Shown piece by piece: positions 15,401 through 29,500 of a stretch of 64,000 nt of DNA. The position numbers and the translations under genes are program-made. Each line of letters opens with the position of its first letter. The stretch's first letter is position 1. The notes beneath the pieces were generated by a model. It had not been told where the DNA came from, did no database searches, and saw only the letters and a list, made by a program, of their open reading frames with translations. The stretch spans positions 10,106,001 through 10,170,000 of the forward strand of contig OZ059896.1 of assembly GCA_964057225.1 (NCBI GenBank), read 5' to 3'. Source of the stretch: Auanema rhodensis. Taxonomy: Eukaryota > Animalia > Nematoda.

Positions 15401-17719
15401 AGAGTTTTTGTAGGAACAGATTGTCCAAAAATGGACATGAGCCATCGCCAAAAACGAGCTACAAGTCGGCCAAGTCGGCAAATCTGATGCCATGACCATC
15501 TTGCAACTCGTTTAACATACATCCATCCAGTTTGAACGAATTGACATGCACCAGAAAACATTCTAGACAAATATCCCGAATGTACAGATGCTGAATTAGC
15601 TTTCCAGGTGTTGCTTGATTGATACGAAGTATTAAGATTTGTTTTTTGATAATTATGATTTTGATTATTTCCATTTTTGCTTATATTGGAGTTATTCACA
15701 CAACAGTTCGTTTTCCTTTCTGGTTCGATCGTTTCGCATTTCCATCTTGGATTCCCTCTGAAAAAAAAATAAAAATAAACATCATTTCATATTTCAAGTT
15801 TTAAAATAAAAAATAAGATGAGCATTAGTATTAGTATCAGTATTTCAAGGTGTAAATTGAGAAAATAACCCGGAAGTATTTAATGTGTATCATATTTTAG
15901 ATGCAATTTTATTCTTAAAATCATATGATTATTTTTCTTTTTAACTCTTTAGATGTTACTACAAAAATATATTTTTTAGCCTCTAATTTAATATTTAATT
16001 AAGCTTTTTTGATGATTCATCAAACATTTAAGAAATACAATCTGTCATTTTCATTTAAAACTTTCAGCGTGGAGTTGTTAGAATCGATTAAATAATTGAG
16101 TCCGTCCTAAACTCGTTGGATAATTTGACACTTTCAGTTGAACTTGTGTCACTTTAAATTGTTTCATCCTTTTGCTACTCTACATCAGCTTAGCTTGTTT
16201 TCAATGCCAGCTAATTCGCTTTTTCTAATGTTAAGGCATTATACGAGTTTAGTCTCTGAAAGCAAGCTCTTTTAAGCTTAAACCCTCCTCTCAGCAGAGC
16301 CCAACCTCTACTCATCTCTTTTACTTTCTCCTCTGCTCTCCTCTCAACCATCCCTCAATTGACATGAACATTTCAAATGATTAACTTTATTCTACGAATG
16401 GCTTCAACTCATACTTTACCCTGCAGCTATCTCTCTCACTTTTTCTCTTTTTGTCTGTTTATACTCAGTTGAACTAAGTCATTCATATCAGTTCAGATCA
16501 ATTTCTAAATGACCTAAAACAGATAATTCATTTAGTCAGAATAAGATCTGAAATCCTTATAAAGAATATCTAAACAAAGATATTAATAACAACAAGAAAA
16601 CACAACGTTTTGAAGAAAAAATTTTATTTTAAATCTTTTTCAAGTTATTCCTTCAGATTATTATTTTTAAACGATGGATCATTTCATCATATATCTTACA
16701 CTCATATAGATAGTAGTTGCTCACTTCAACCATCCTCATTCGTTCTCAAGTTTAACAAGAAGATCTGATATAAAGGAACATGCTTCTCGACTTTTCTTTC
16801 ATTTCTCTCTCTCTTTCTCTCTCTCGATCTCGATCTCTTTCTCTTTCTCACTATCTCTCTGTTCAATTTTGCTTTTTTTCTTTTCGCGTTTACTAGATTA
16901 TCTCATCATTTATCTCTAACAGAAAAATGAAGAAATGAGGAGAAAGTATTCAATGTTCTTTCTTGTTTTACAAATTTTATGAATTAAATCTCAATAATGA
17001 CTAACTATTAATATTATATAATATAGAAATAAACTTCCTCTTTAAAACAGATGTTAACTATAATCAATAATTTAATAAAATAAACCTTAATTCTGATGAA
17101 TACAGTCTTTTATATATTCATCAGAGCTTAAAAAACAACAACAACCACAAACAAAAGCCAAAAAAAAGTATATTTACTATATAAACCTACTACTATACTG
17201 TCTTATATTATTTTTTTACAGCTTACATATCTCAAAAAAAAATTAAAATCAAACCAAAAAAGTTAATTAAATACTCATATAATTAGAAGAAAAAAAAGGA
17301 AAAACAACTGTTTGGATTTATATATTTTATACTTTTTATATTGTTTTTGTATATATGTTAGACGAATTATCATTGATCAATCTCAAGCTTTCTTATCGAA
17401 CTCCTACTCCTCCTACTCCACCTACTGCTCCCTCTTTACCTCTCTTTATCCTTCACATTCTTTTCCTAATATTAACCTTATTTCAATAATCATATTTACA
17501 TATATTAATCGTATATATGTATGTATAGTATATATACATTGATAGTTAAAACTTGATAAAAAATGAATTCGAAATATTCAAGTCAACAAAGAATATTATC
17601 ATATAATAAAATTGAAATTTGAAAAAAAAATATACTTACTTGAATAGAAAATATAGGAAATAGAATATAGTCCAAAACATCTCTACGATACGATCCTTAA
17701 TTGACGTTAGGACTATCAT
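9064..17719 (-). CDS. Uncharacterised ~650 aa protein, 14 exons: hydrophobic N-terminus, Trp/Arg-rich helix, polyproline, disordered Ser/Arg middle, Trp-containing C-terminal domain
   Basis: All 14 exons splice in frame at GT-AG sites from ATG 17719 (MIVLTSIKDRIVEMFWTIFYFLYFLF) through the exons behind ORFs 15172..15699, 14835..15083 and 12629..12823 to ...QYDKHFVVESVIRNY* at 9064. I do not recognise the family. Confidence 0.75.
11059..11101. repeat. (TA)n microsatellite
   Basis: Directly visible, intronic. Confidence 0.95.
11481..11542. repeat. (GA)n microsatellite
   Basis: Directly visible, intronic. Confidence 0.9.
12073..12120. repeat. (GA)n microsatellite
   Basis: Directly visible, intronic. 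Confidence 0.9.
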
Positions 17720-18344
17720 TTTGTTCCCAAGTAGTGGGGGTGGATGAATCCTCCCAGGTCGAAGTGAGATTCTATCAGAGGTTCTACTCCACCTTTGCTA
17801 GTTTGCTATTCCTCCTCTGTATGCCTCACGAACTAGCAGCTGTCTGATAGTTAACATTCCCTCGAAGAGTATGAGAGAAAAGCATCAAAAGATATTTGAA
17901 AGAATGAGACAGATACTGAAGAAAGTTAGAGAACAGGCGTTATGAGGCGGTTAAACGCCATCAGCCGTTATAGAAAATCGAGATCTGATCAGTTGCGATA
18001 GGATAGAAAGTTGAGACATTTAAAATGTAAAATCAAAAGCTTTATAATATTTGTTTCAGAATTTTTATTAAAATTGAAATGCTGATCTAATCGCAATCAT
18101 CTATTGGTCTTATTGAACTATTCATCTTATTCAAACGATATAAAATAAGATATTTTCATTTTAATGTTTATTTGAAAAACATCCCAGACATTTCAACAAC
18201 CTCAATATTATGTGATTAATAGTTCTTTTCTTATTCTTTTACATTTTATTTCATTATTTCACTTATTTTCCTTCAATTTTGTGAAACTTTAAAAACTCTT
18301 CTCTCTTTTACCCACACTCTCTCTATCCCTCCCTCTCTCCCCCC

Positions 18345-18447
<103 letters not shown>

Positions 18448-19553
18448 AGCATCTATCAGCCTATCTCTCTCATTTTATATTTATCTTTATATGTAGAGAG
18501 AGAGATAGATAGATATATCCTTAGAATGTTTTGATAACGAACTTTTGAATATTGGACTTCTTGTCACTGGGACTTTGAGCTGACGCCCCTCCTTCAACAC
18601 TTTCCCACTGCCTCTGGCTGTTTGAGTCAAGGCTATTTTCCGTTCAGGCAATTTCTCTTTTTCCTTTTTTCTATCCATAGCTTTCTCTTCTTCGTTTATA
18701 TCCCATCTTTTGGAAATTTCCATGCTTCACCCAAAAGCATACATGCAATTTGCGATTGTCCACAATTGAATCATCGAAACAATTTCTTCGTCATCTCATG
18801 ATCATGTTCTTATTGTCCTTCTTTGATCGCTTTAAGTACCTTGTTTTCGCGTCTACTACGTGTAACAATAATCTTCATTGTTCTTTTTTTTTTCATTTTC
18901 TTCAAACTCTTTAATTTATATTTGAGATTCTAAGATTTTGGTTAGAAATTTCTACATGTAAATCTATCTATCATGTAAAAAAGTATCTCGTACAACGTAT
19001 ATTACAAAGACTTTTACCATAAAAATGATGATAAAATGAATTATTGCATTATTTGAAATTAATTAAGTATAATAGATTTGTTTTTGATACAAAAAAACGT
19101 ATTTCAAATAAATTTTTTTCTTCTTTTTTTTTTTGCAACAAGGCTTTCTGTTTATTTAGTATTATTTATTTTATATTTAGTACTCATCTCTTCAATTCAT
19201 TACAATATGCGCAAAACCTTCAATCTCAGTCATATGAGCTATTTACGTTAAGCTCAAAATCTAATTAAAGCCAAGATGGAACGAGCAGCTCTTTGAGAGC
19301 CATTTTAAGCCTTGTTAACTGATCTCAAGTTGAGCACAGGAGACAAACGTCAATCTTTCTCATATAATCAATCCATCACAAAATATTATTCATAATTTAT
19401 TTGAATGAACTGTAATATTCTAGATATTTAATAGTATTTATATATTATTTATTTCTTATATATATGTATATATATATATTATATAATTAATATATAGTAT
19501 AATAGAAATCTACATAAATGTATTTTCAGCTGCCTTATGGCACCAGTATAAGC

Positions 19554-22500
19554 ATGTTTCGAAGGGTTAGTCCAAAAAAAATACTACCAAGTGGAAAACA
19601 GCAAAAGCTAAAGTCATCTGCAACTCCTGAAGAAACTAAAGCTCATTCAATTCAGTCATGTAGTTCCAGAATTTATGTTGTTTTATCAGATCCTCAAGGT
19701 TTGGTTTCTATCATAATTAATTGCATTCTCTTAATTTTACATACATTTTTTTAGAATTTTATGTTGAAAGAAAACTTCTTCTACAGGAAGTTTTACCAGA
19801 AATACAATCATATGGCTTTAACATGGGAATTGAGATTGAATGGATAGATCCTTATAAAGAAAATGATAAATTAACTAATGAAGTTTCTGATAAAGTTACT
19901 AAAGCATTGGACGATGAAAGTTCTATAGTTATAGTAAGATTAATTAATTATAATAATTATAATTTCTTCTATAATTAGTGTTTGTTGGGCGATAAATGGG
20001 GATCACCTAGAGCCCCGCTTGAACTGCGTAAAGAAGAATTTGATAATATTCGTCAAGCTGTATTCGAGCAAAATGCTGGTATGTTATATAATATAATAAA
20101 ATTTACATTAATACATATTTAGATGTAAAATTATTAGACACCAATTATTACTTGGATCGAACGCAATCAGAAGATATTTATAAATTACGGGTATCTGATT
20201 CAAAAACTTCATCAAAATTGGCAAAAGTTGTACAAAAAGGAGCAGCAGCGGTTGGTGTCATAATCTTCAAAAAAAATTTAAACTTAAACTTAATTAAAGG
20301 CACATGAGGAAGGAGTTATCAACCAAGTTCATACAAACAAACAAAAACGATTTTTCTATTCTCCTATACAGTACGTGGTTGAAAAAGCTTTACAAGAAGG
20401 AAAACGAACTATCTTCAGTTTACGATTATTTGAAGGTAATAGTATAAATATATTTATGTTAAATATAATTTTATTTATCATTATTTTTGTTTACGTCAGC
20501 TATGTATGAACAAACATTTTCAGGAGCCACTCACGATGTAGGAAAAAACAGTATTTTTATTGATAAAACGGAAGAAGGTAGAGCAAAAGTGATGGAATTG
20601 AAAAACAGAGTAAAATATTTCATTTTTTTATTTATTTTGAATTTATATTTAACATTTAGGTTGCTGCTATGTATGAAAAAAATAATGTATTCAATCATAC
20701 ATTAAATCCAGAAAATGGAGATATAATCTCGTTTTTAAGCTCTAAAGATGGAGAACGTTATGTTGATGCATTAACAAAACAAATGACTGATCGTATAAAA
20801 ATACTTTTGAACGATATTCACTCAAAAAAACTTTATTCAACACCGGTATCAATTCCTGAAATTGCAAATAATGAGAATATTGCACATATTTGTAGGTTTT
20901 TTTTCTGAATATAAGTCCTGTGCAAAGAACTTCGGACACTCACCACTTAGAGGCATCAGAAACCCTCGTTTAAACTACAAAAAACCTTTTTATTTTTTGT
21001 AGTTTGTGTGAAAAGATACAAGAGTGGGTGTCCGATGTTCATCGCACAGGACAGTATATATTATATAAATATATATAGTTAGCTGTAAATATGTATAATT
21101 GTTTTCTATTACAGTACATGCTGAGCAACTGCTATTAAAGCCATGGCTTTCTAGAGCACCTTTAGATAACAAAATTGCTGAATTACTGAATCAAAATGCA
21201 TCGTTAGGAGGAGTAATTCTATTACAAGGTCCAGAACTATCATGCAAAACCCGATTGTTATGTCATTTATATGAAAAAGCCCCAAATACTGCTTATAAAA
21301 TTATTCGGTATGAAAAAATGATCTTTGATTTAAGATCAATTAGCTATTCTTCTTTTCAGATTTGTTGGTTTAACTTATTCATCCATATTTGCACATGAAC
21401 TTTGGCAACAATTAGCTTTAACTCTTTGTGCAATTAGCAAGCAAGATCCAGCTGGTATCCTTAAGGTTTTTTATAATATTTTTTCTTGTTAGAATATATA
21501 GTATAATTGAAGCTATTCACACTGAATACATTGATTAACAAGTTTGAAGAGTTATGTAACAATCTTGATAAACCGTTATATCTATTTATTGATGATATTC
21601 ATCTTCTGAAATATGGTCATTTTCTAAGTTCTTTAACAAAAAGACTTCAAAAGGTATATATTATTATTTAATATTATATATTATTATAATATTTTGAGGG
21701 ACCTAATCAACTTTATATATTCATGACAGCTTCAAATATATCTCCAATTTCTTCGGTATTTGTTGTTACACAAACTGTTAATGTGGAACAACCAAATGAA
21801 GATGATTTAATATCAATGCTGCAACTTAATATTTCGATTACTGATCGAAAAGTACATAGTGATCAATTATCAGCAATTAAATATCAGGTTAACAATATAA
21901 TATATATTATAATAATTACATTTTTTTTTCAGTTAACAGGAGCACATTCACATATTTGTTTAGCAGAAGCATTATTGGATGAATATCTTCAAAACTCCAC
22001 ACCTACGTTAAATGGTGGCATCGAAGGTATATATACTATATAATATAGATTTTATTTATTATATTTAAAGGAAGATTAGCACGTCTTGAAGAACAGTATG
22101 GGCAACAAGCGGTTCAAGCAGTATGTCGGTATATATCAATCTCATCACATGGATTAACATGGCTTGAACTATTTGATATCTTATCAATGAATACAACTAT
22201 GAATACGCTATATGGAGGACCATGTTTTCCACCATTTCTATTAGATAATATCCTAAGCAGTTTAGGTTTAAAACATATATTATATATAATAAATAATAAT
22301 ATTAAATGATTATAGGATCTTTATTGATAACAGTTCAATTAGATAATCGAATAGTATATCGTTTTAGCCATATTCTTATTATTGCTATAGTAAGACACCG
22401 GTTTGTTCTTCATCATGTCATATTTTTTTCATATTATCTTTCTTTTTAGATATTTTGAAAATACATCCGATCTAAAAGTATCTCATACCGAAATTTCTGA

Positions 22501-25500
22501 AGCTTTTGCTGATGTTAATCAGAAGACTGCATCTCCAAGACCAGATTTAAGTTATCAAGTAAATTGTTTTTGATGAAAATTTAAATTTTTATTTATTAAT
22601 CAGGTTTTTCCTCAAGCAACAAAACGTGATAACGGTCTACCGAACATGAGAAAACTGAGAAATTTGTGGTTTCATCTGCTTCATACAGGTAAAAAATAGA
22701 TATTTATGAATATGACACAAAGTACATTTATTGAAAGTTGAAGTAAAAACTTGACTGTAACTTTTCTTAAAATATTATTTATTTTTTTAATCTAATAATA
22801 TCATATATTTAAGGAAATATGGATGCATTAAAGGAATGGACATTATGTCAGTTTGAATATGTTGATGGAGTTTCTCGTTTTTGTGGAATTTTACACCTTT
22901 TAACATTATATGAAGAATGTGCTATGCAAGTTCTTCATCATGATATACAAGGTATGTATCTAATTAATTTTATATAAATTAATATTTTATTATAATTAGT
23001 ATTATGTGAACAAGTTTTGCTACCTGCTTTACCTACTGTTGTAAGAGATTCAGAACAGTTAGCTGCAGAAGTAATTGGACGTTTAAGATTTACAAGAGGT
23101 AGATATTGAAAATTATTATTTGATGATCTTTGATATAATTTTGCAGGTGAAAATAGTCATTTTCTTAATACGATGGTAGAACAAGCAATGAGTTGGGTTG
23201 ATACTTACAATCGACAACCATTGATGGTACCATTAACTTGTTGGATATCACCTCCTGTTATGAAAAGTTGCCGCAGTTTCACTTTAAAAGTAATAAGACT
23301 GTTTGATATATAACTAATATAGTTTATATTATAGGATTGGAAAGCAAATCAAACTATTCTTACACCTACACATAACCATCAACATGTTCTTATATCTGGT
23401 AATCTTGCTGATTCAGGAGCAATCTATATGTACCATATTCCTTCTCAATTACTTATTAATACTTTTCGAGGTTTCCGCTCATAATTGTAACAACTTTCGT
23501 CTATAAATTCGTTTTCTTTCAGCTCATACGGCAGCAGTTACATCATTATGCGCTTCTGGAAACGGGCTATATTTTGTTAGCACATCTGTAGATAAAACAG
23601 CTATTGTTTGGTCATTTTCAACTGTAATCATATATTTTAATTAATTAAATTTATGAAATATTATAATCATATAGGGAGAAGTAGTAAAAACGTTACGTCC
23701 TCATAGCCAAAAGATAACATGTGCCATATTGAGTAGTGATGACACACTACTTGTAACAGGATCAGCTGATTCTTCTGCAAAAGTGAGTTATATACATATA
23801 TTTCATTATATAATTCATAATTTTCAGATAATTGATATTAGTACAGGTGAAGTTATTCGATCTTTTAATGAACATACGGGAAGCGTTGTGTCACTTCAAC
23901 TAACTTCAAACGATCAATTCTTAATAACTGGTAAGAAATTTTTTAAAATTTTAACTTTCCCCCATAATCCCTATAATTGAAAGTTTTTCTTCAATATTAG
24001 TTTATTCTAAATGTTTAGGATCTGGTGACTTTTTGGTACAAATGTGGGATATGAAAAATGGCAGATGTATTTCAAAAATGTGTGGTTTGATGGCGCCTGT
24101 CAGTTGTATAGCATTGACATCGTTAGTATACAGATCAGACAAGTTGTAACTAAAGCTGTAAACTTTAGAAATGATGCTTTTGTTGCTGTCGGATGTGAAG
24201 ATGAAACTTTACGTATCTACAGTACAGTCTCAGGAACTGAGCTTCATGAGCTAATGGGTCATGAAGGAAAAGTGAATGCTTTAGTAGCAGCACAAGATGA
24301 TTGTCAATTATTCGCAGCAACAAAATCAAAAATATACTGTTACGATATACACAATGGTCAGATTCTTGATATATTAGATTGTCAACAACCATTTCCTGTT
24401 TGTAGTTTAAAGGTATTACAGTTTAATAATATATTCTATAAGTTAAATTATTCAATCTATTACAGACAACATCGGATAATTACTTTTTGATTTCTGGGTG
24501 CGGCCCACGAATTCATGTCTGGAATGTTCAAAAAAGAGTTTATGATAGACATGATACATCTGTGGATAAAGAAGGCTTTGTAACAGCTATAGCTATGTCA
24601 CCAGATGAAAAAGTAAGTAATAAAAATCAAAATTCATGAGTTTAATATTATTTAGATAGCAGCTTGTGGAACATATAATGGAATAGTTGCTTTATGGGAT
24701 CTAGATATTTGTCAGTGTAGTACAACAGTAAGAATATCTATTTTGAGTTTATAAAATGAAAATATTAAGGTTATTCAATCAAAAAGTGTACCTATTTCGT
24801 GTTTATCGTTTACTACAACTAGTGCCCATATTTTGAGTGGAAATGCTATAGGAAATATCATTATATTGGATGCTTCTTCTGGGACAGTATTACGTTCACT
24901 GAATGTAATGATGTTATTTTTGAAAAAATATACTTTCAAATACGCGATTTAGATTCATGCTTCTGAAGTTATTTCAATCTGTAGTCTAGATCAAGGCAAA
25001 ATTTTAAGTTGCTGTAAAGAAGGAAAATTAAGAAGCTGGAGCATTTATGATGAAGAAGAGACTAATACTGTAATTATATATTTATTTATTTATTTATAAT
25101 GTTAAATTGTTAATTCTTCTTCAGGAAACATTCCAACAGAATATTTTGCCACCAATGTCAGTTCCCTCGCCAGGGAAAATAATGATAGCCCACTGTCCAA
25201 ATAACAACAAAGAGTATTAGAGCGAATATCAAAAAAATATTTAAATAACTCATTGTTTTAGAATGAAAATTTGGGGTTTATCTGAACAAGGAGTTTCACA
25301 AAAAAACCGTTTGTATCATAATGAAGAAATCACATGTTATGCTGCTAGCACTAATGGATCTCTTGTTGCTACCGGTAAATTTATTTGTAGTTCTTCTTCT
25401 TAACTGGTTATCGTTAGGTTCACTTGATCAATCTGTTAAATTATGGCAAATCGAATCCGGATTTTTAACTCAGGTATAATTAGAGTTATAGTATATAATA

Positions 25501-26405
25501 TAATGAAAAATAATATTAAGGTTCTTGTTGGACATGAAGACACAGTCACATGTGTAGCAATGGCTGAAGATGAGCGCATAGTTGTTTCTGGAAGCAAAAA
25601 CAATAAGGTTGATAAATACAAAAATCATTTACACATTGTAGTATTCCAGGTTATCATATGGAATGTAGCTACTGGAGATATTGCCAACTCTCTTCTTACT
25701 TCTTCCCCAATCACTTCTGTTGCATTGACAGCAGATGCTACTGTAGCCTTCTCAGGTATGTTGAAGGGTATAATCTAGCAAGAGCAATTTGAATTAAAGG
25801 TTTGAGTGACGGATGGGTAGAAGCATGGTCCACAGAAAATGGTAAACTAATATCATCTCTAAATTCACACAGACCCATAAGACAATTAGTTCAATCATTT
25901 GATGGCAACAGGTTGAAACATAGAAAAATATTTTAAAACATAAAAATAATTTTTAGAATCCTTGTTCATTTAACTGGATGCGCTCAATTACCAATTCTTT
26001 GCTTGCATAATTCTCCAGCTGGTCCAGTCGAATTCAACAGAAGACCGCGATCCGCCAGAAATCATTCTGTTACTAGTATTGGAAATGATCCTCCAAGTAA
26101 ATATTATATGCAATCGAAGTACGATTAACTTTTTTTTTGGAAGGTGGACAAACCGATCTTAAGAAGGAGCAAATGAACACAATATCAGCGGTCCAAACTG
26201 GCAACGGCACTTCCATCAAACCTTCACAACCAAGACCAACATTCGACAAACTTGAGAGGAGTAAAAGTCGAACGTCCCTCATAGAAAAGGCAACTATACG
26301 TGCTTAAGTAACCCAAAATAACGTAATTATTTCCAGGATAGAACAACTACATTGACCAATATGACAACACCTGCCCAGAAATCTAATTTGTGCAATTTAC
26401 TTTGA
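19554..26405 (+). CDS. qui-1: NACHT- and WD40-domain protein (QUI-1/NWD1/NWD2 family), many short introns
   Basis: N-terminal [17 protein letters not shown]...IEIEWID...CLLGDKWG segment typical of NWD proteins, P-loop-like [12 protein letters not shown], Walker B-like LYLFIDD, and many WD40 repeats (GH...[28 protein letters not shown]). Ends KSNLCNLL*. Confidence 0.85.
20913..21054. mobile_element. MITE (Tc1/mariner-type, TA-flanked) in a qui-1 intron
   Basis: Imperfect ~30 bp terminal inverted repeats GTCCTGTGCAAAGAACTTCGGACACTCAC / GTGGGTGTCCGATGTTCATCGCACAGGAC, an inner perfect IR AAACTACAAAAAA / TTTTTTGTAGTTT, and related copies at 39 kb. Confidence 0.75.
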
Positions 26406-26429
26406 ATCTAACATATCATAACATTCGTA

Positions 26430-26443
26430 TTTATTATAATAAA
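26430..26443. terminator. Bidirectional polyadenylation signal TTTATTATAATAAA
   Basis: Perfect 14 bp palindrome giving AATAAA on both strands in the 136 bp gap between the convergent qui-1 and Argonaute stop codons. Confidence 0.6.
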
Positions 26444-26541
26444 AAAAACTTAACAACTAATATTAGAAAAAATTTCAAGATAAGACACAACAAAAAACGC
26501 ATGTAAGTACAGATATGATTTTCGAGAGTATGGCAGCAGAT

Positions 26542-29500
26542 TTAAGCCCAATAATGGGTTTTAATATCAGATGACAGCTGTTGAGTTAACTTTTCGAAGA
26601 AATCAGGAGATCCATCGTGTTTAAGCTTACCATTGGAGCTGCCGGAAGCTTCCGACATCCCGTCGCAATCCATGAAGCTAAATTGCAAACTTTACAAAAT
26701 AAGAATAAATAAAGCATACTTGGCAGTCTTCCAGTTATTACGGCCTCTCTTAGCCAAATTAGCAGCTGCATAGACGTGACAAGGAACACCAGTACTACCC
26801 GCAACAGTCTATAAACTGGGTAATTAGTAATACATGAAACGAAAACAAACTTGATGTCCATAAGTGAGCATGTTGGTGATATTTTCAAGATCAGCAATAG
26901 GCAATGATTTTCCGGTTGAACCAGAGCGCCTATGTACAACAGTGCATTTAATAACTCTAGCAGTTCCCTAAAAATACAACTGTTTGATAACATCGATAGC
27001 TTTTAGCTCCTACCTGAATCGCCTTCTGTGGAATAAGGATGAACTCATCTAAGCATGGATTAACAATATCAGTGTCAACACAAGTTCCGGGTTTTACATT
27101 TTGATCACAAGGTCTATCTCTGGGGTTGATTCTGAATACAAGAAAGAATTAAAAGAAACATAAATGTAACTTACTTAGTTGGGACCATTCTATAATTACT
27201 AGATGTTTGACACACAATAGTTGTGATTGAAGGATTATAGGGTCTGCCCGAAATTCTACTGATCTCGGCAAAGCATTGACAGAACTCCTTCATCTCTTCT
27301 TCAACCTAGATATCGTATACTATACTATTATAATAATTTACTGTAAAACCTTTCCATACTCTCCTTCACTGGCTCCACTTCGGAAAATGATAATATCATC
27401 AGGATAACCCTTCGTAACTTTGCAGAAATCTTGAAGAGAATTTATCTAAAACAAAAAAAAATAGATTGTATAAAGATAATGTCCACATACACCATACTGA
27501 GCTAGACGAGAAATAGTAGCTAAACGAGGCTCTTGGAACCAGAACATTCCTCTCATTTGTGTAGGCACACCAACACTATAAGACATCTGAAAATCTTATT
27601 TATGTTACGGTAGTACGAGAAAAACATACTCCAACTACAGTTGGTTCACTTGCTACAACACCCAATTGACGATCAGCAAAAGATTGAGGACCAGCATGAG
27701 AAACATCAATACCAATAAACATTCGTTTCTTGTTGAAGAGTCTCTCAATACTGAAAGTTTTATTTTTAAAATGCAACTGAAAATAACTGTGCTCACGCAT
27801 TGCTATCTTGGGGATTCGAAGATTTATAGGCTTTAGACACATCAAATGTATGATTAACACCACCTAACTTAGGGTTTGTCTTCGAGACTAAATTTCCCAG
27901 AACCATGAAGTTACCCTTAAATCATAGCACTATGTGCGCTGCTTAAGAAATATAAACCTGGTTACTCAAAGCTTTTTGGAATGTTTGCTTGGAAACATGT
28001 TGAGTTACAATAGAATATCGTGCTTCCAAATATTTTAAGGTATCTAGGAATGAAGATAAAAAACAGTTGTGTGAAAAAACTAACTATGAACAGGATCTAA
28101 CTTTTGAGAGGTTACAGCAAATATGTATCTCATCTTATTTTGTTTAGCTTCTTGGAAAGCTTTGTCGATTAAATCATCCCGCTCAGAAGGAAGAGAAATA
28201 ACTGTCATCTTTCTACTATCAATAGTCATGTTCATTCCAGCAGCTCTACGAGCCAATGCATTGACGAAATCTCTTTAAATATCAATTAAAAAAGATACGA
28301 AGAAACTAAAACCTTGTTTGATTGTCATGTACACATCTGTCAAAGATGATGAACATCCAAGGATCTTTAAGTTCAGCGGTACTGAAGAAGTGGTCTCTAT
28401 AACATAAAAGAATGACTGAATAATAACAAATTGATCAATTACGATCCAAGCTTCCAATTCATAACACCATCTCTAGTCGGTTCAACCATTTTGCTTTTGT
28501 ACATAATAGCTGGTGGATGCAAAACACGAGCTGGCACTATTTCAGGCCTACCGCGGATTGTCACCTAGGATTTATAATTTTAAAGAAAATTATAAATTAT
28601 TTTCACACCCCAAAGGTTTGTAGATACTTGTTGTCAGCATCTGGTACCAATGACATAGCTTTCATTTGTCCATCAATGTGTTCCATAAGATTGATTGGTT
28701 TAAGTTGACATTCACGGATCATTTTTTCCACCTAAGCATCAAGAAAACTCTAAAGCTAGTTCTTTGATCATACCATAGAAGGAGTAGATTTGTTCGTTAC
28801 AACACGTTGACCTCTTTCAATATCTAAATACTCCATGGGAAAAGATAACAACTTGTTTCCTTTTTTTTGAACAACCAAGGGAAGAAACGGATACCTTAAC
28901 ATAGACATTTTGATTGAACATAGTGAATATCTCTTACTGCAGCTGAGCACAATATTTACGTAAATAATACTCAGTGACATTGATATTAAGCCCATCAAAT
29001 TCAACAAACTTTCTGGAAGAATCAAATAAATTAAATGCACCCCAATAAAAAAAATACGTATCAGCAGTAGCAGTATCCAATTTTGTAATCGGGAAAACTT
29101 GGTGAACTTTCATTCCCTTAAAGCTTGTACGAACCCATAAATCTGCAAAGCAACAATCGTCTACTTGAAGAACTCAATTGTTTTCTAAACCTTTCAGTTG
29201 AACATTCAGTTTTTTGAAATCCCTACTTGACAATCTTGCTAGATCTTCAACCCGTTGAAGATTATTAAATTTCTTACAGAAATCTATGAGTCTACACGAC
29301 TCAAAAAATGGAGATTTCTTTGCTAAAAACTCAAGATGAGCCATTTTTCAATGAACAAAATAATACCGTCTAGTTGTAACATCAAAGTAGAACCATCTTG
29401 ATCAACAACACGACAATTCTTTTGATTACCGGGCTTTACTACCTTTCCTTCACGTAAATCCGTATCGTCTCTAGAGCTTCTACAATATGTACGGTTCTTG

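Noticed and set aside
19537-19551. Tiny uORF (MAPV*) just before the qui-1 ATG
   Set aside because: Visible, but easily explained by chance; the true 5' end is unknown
26586-26993. 135 aa minus-strand ORF as a separate gene
   Set aside because: It is an out-of-frame read-through of the last Argonaute exons and introns
27600-27760. Idea that the Argonaute is slicer-active or is the secreted exWAGO
   Set aside because: Two tetrad positions are substituted, and the motifs fit the NRDE-3/HRDE-1 type better than the SAGO/exWAGO type as I recall them
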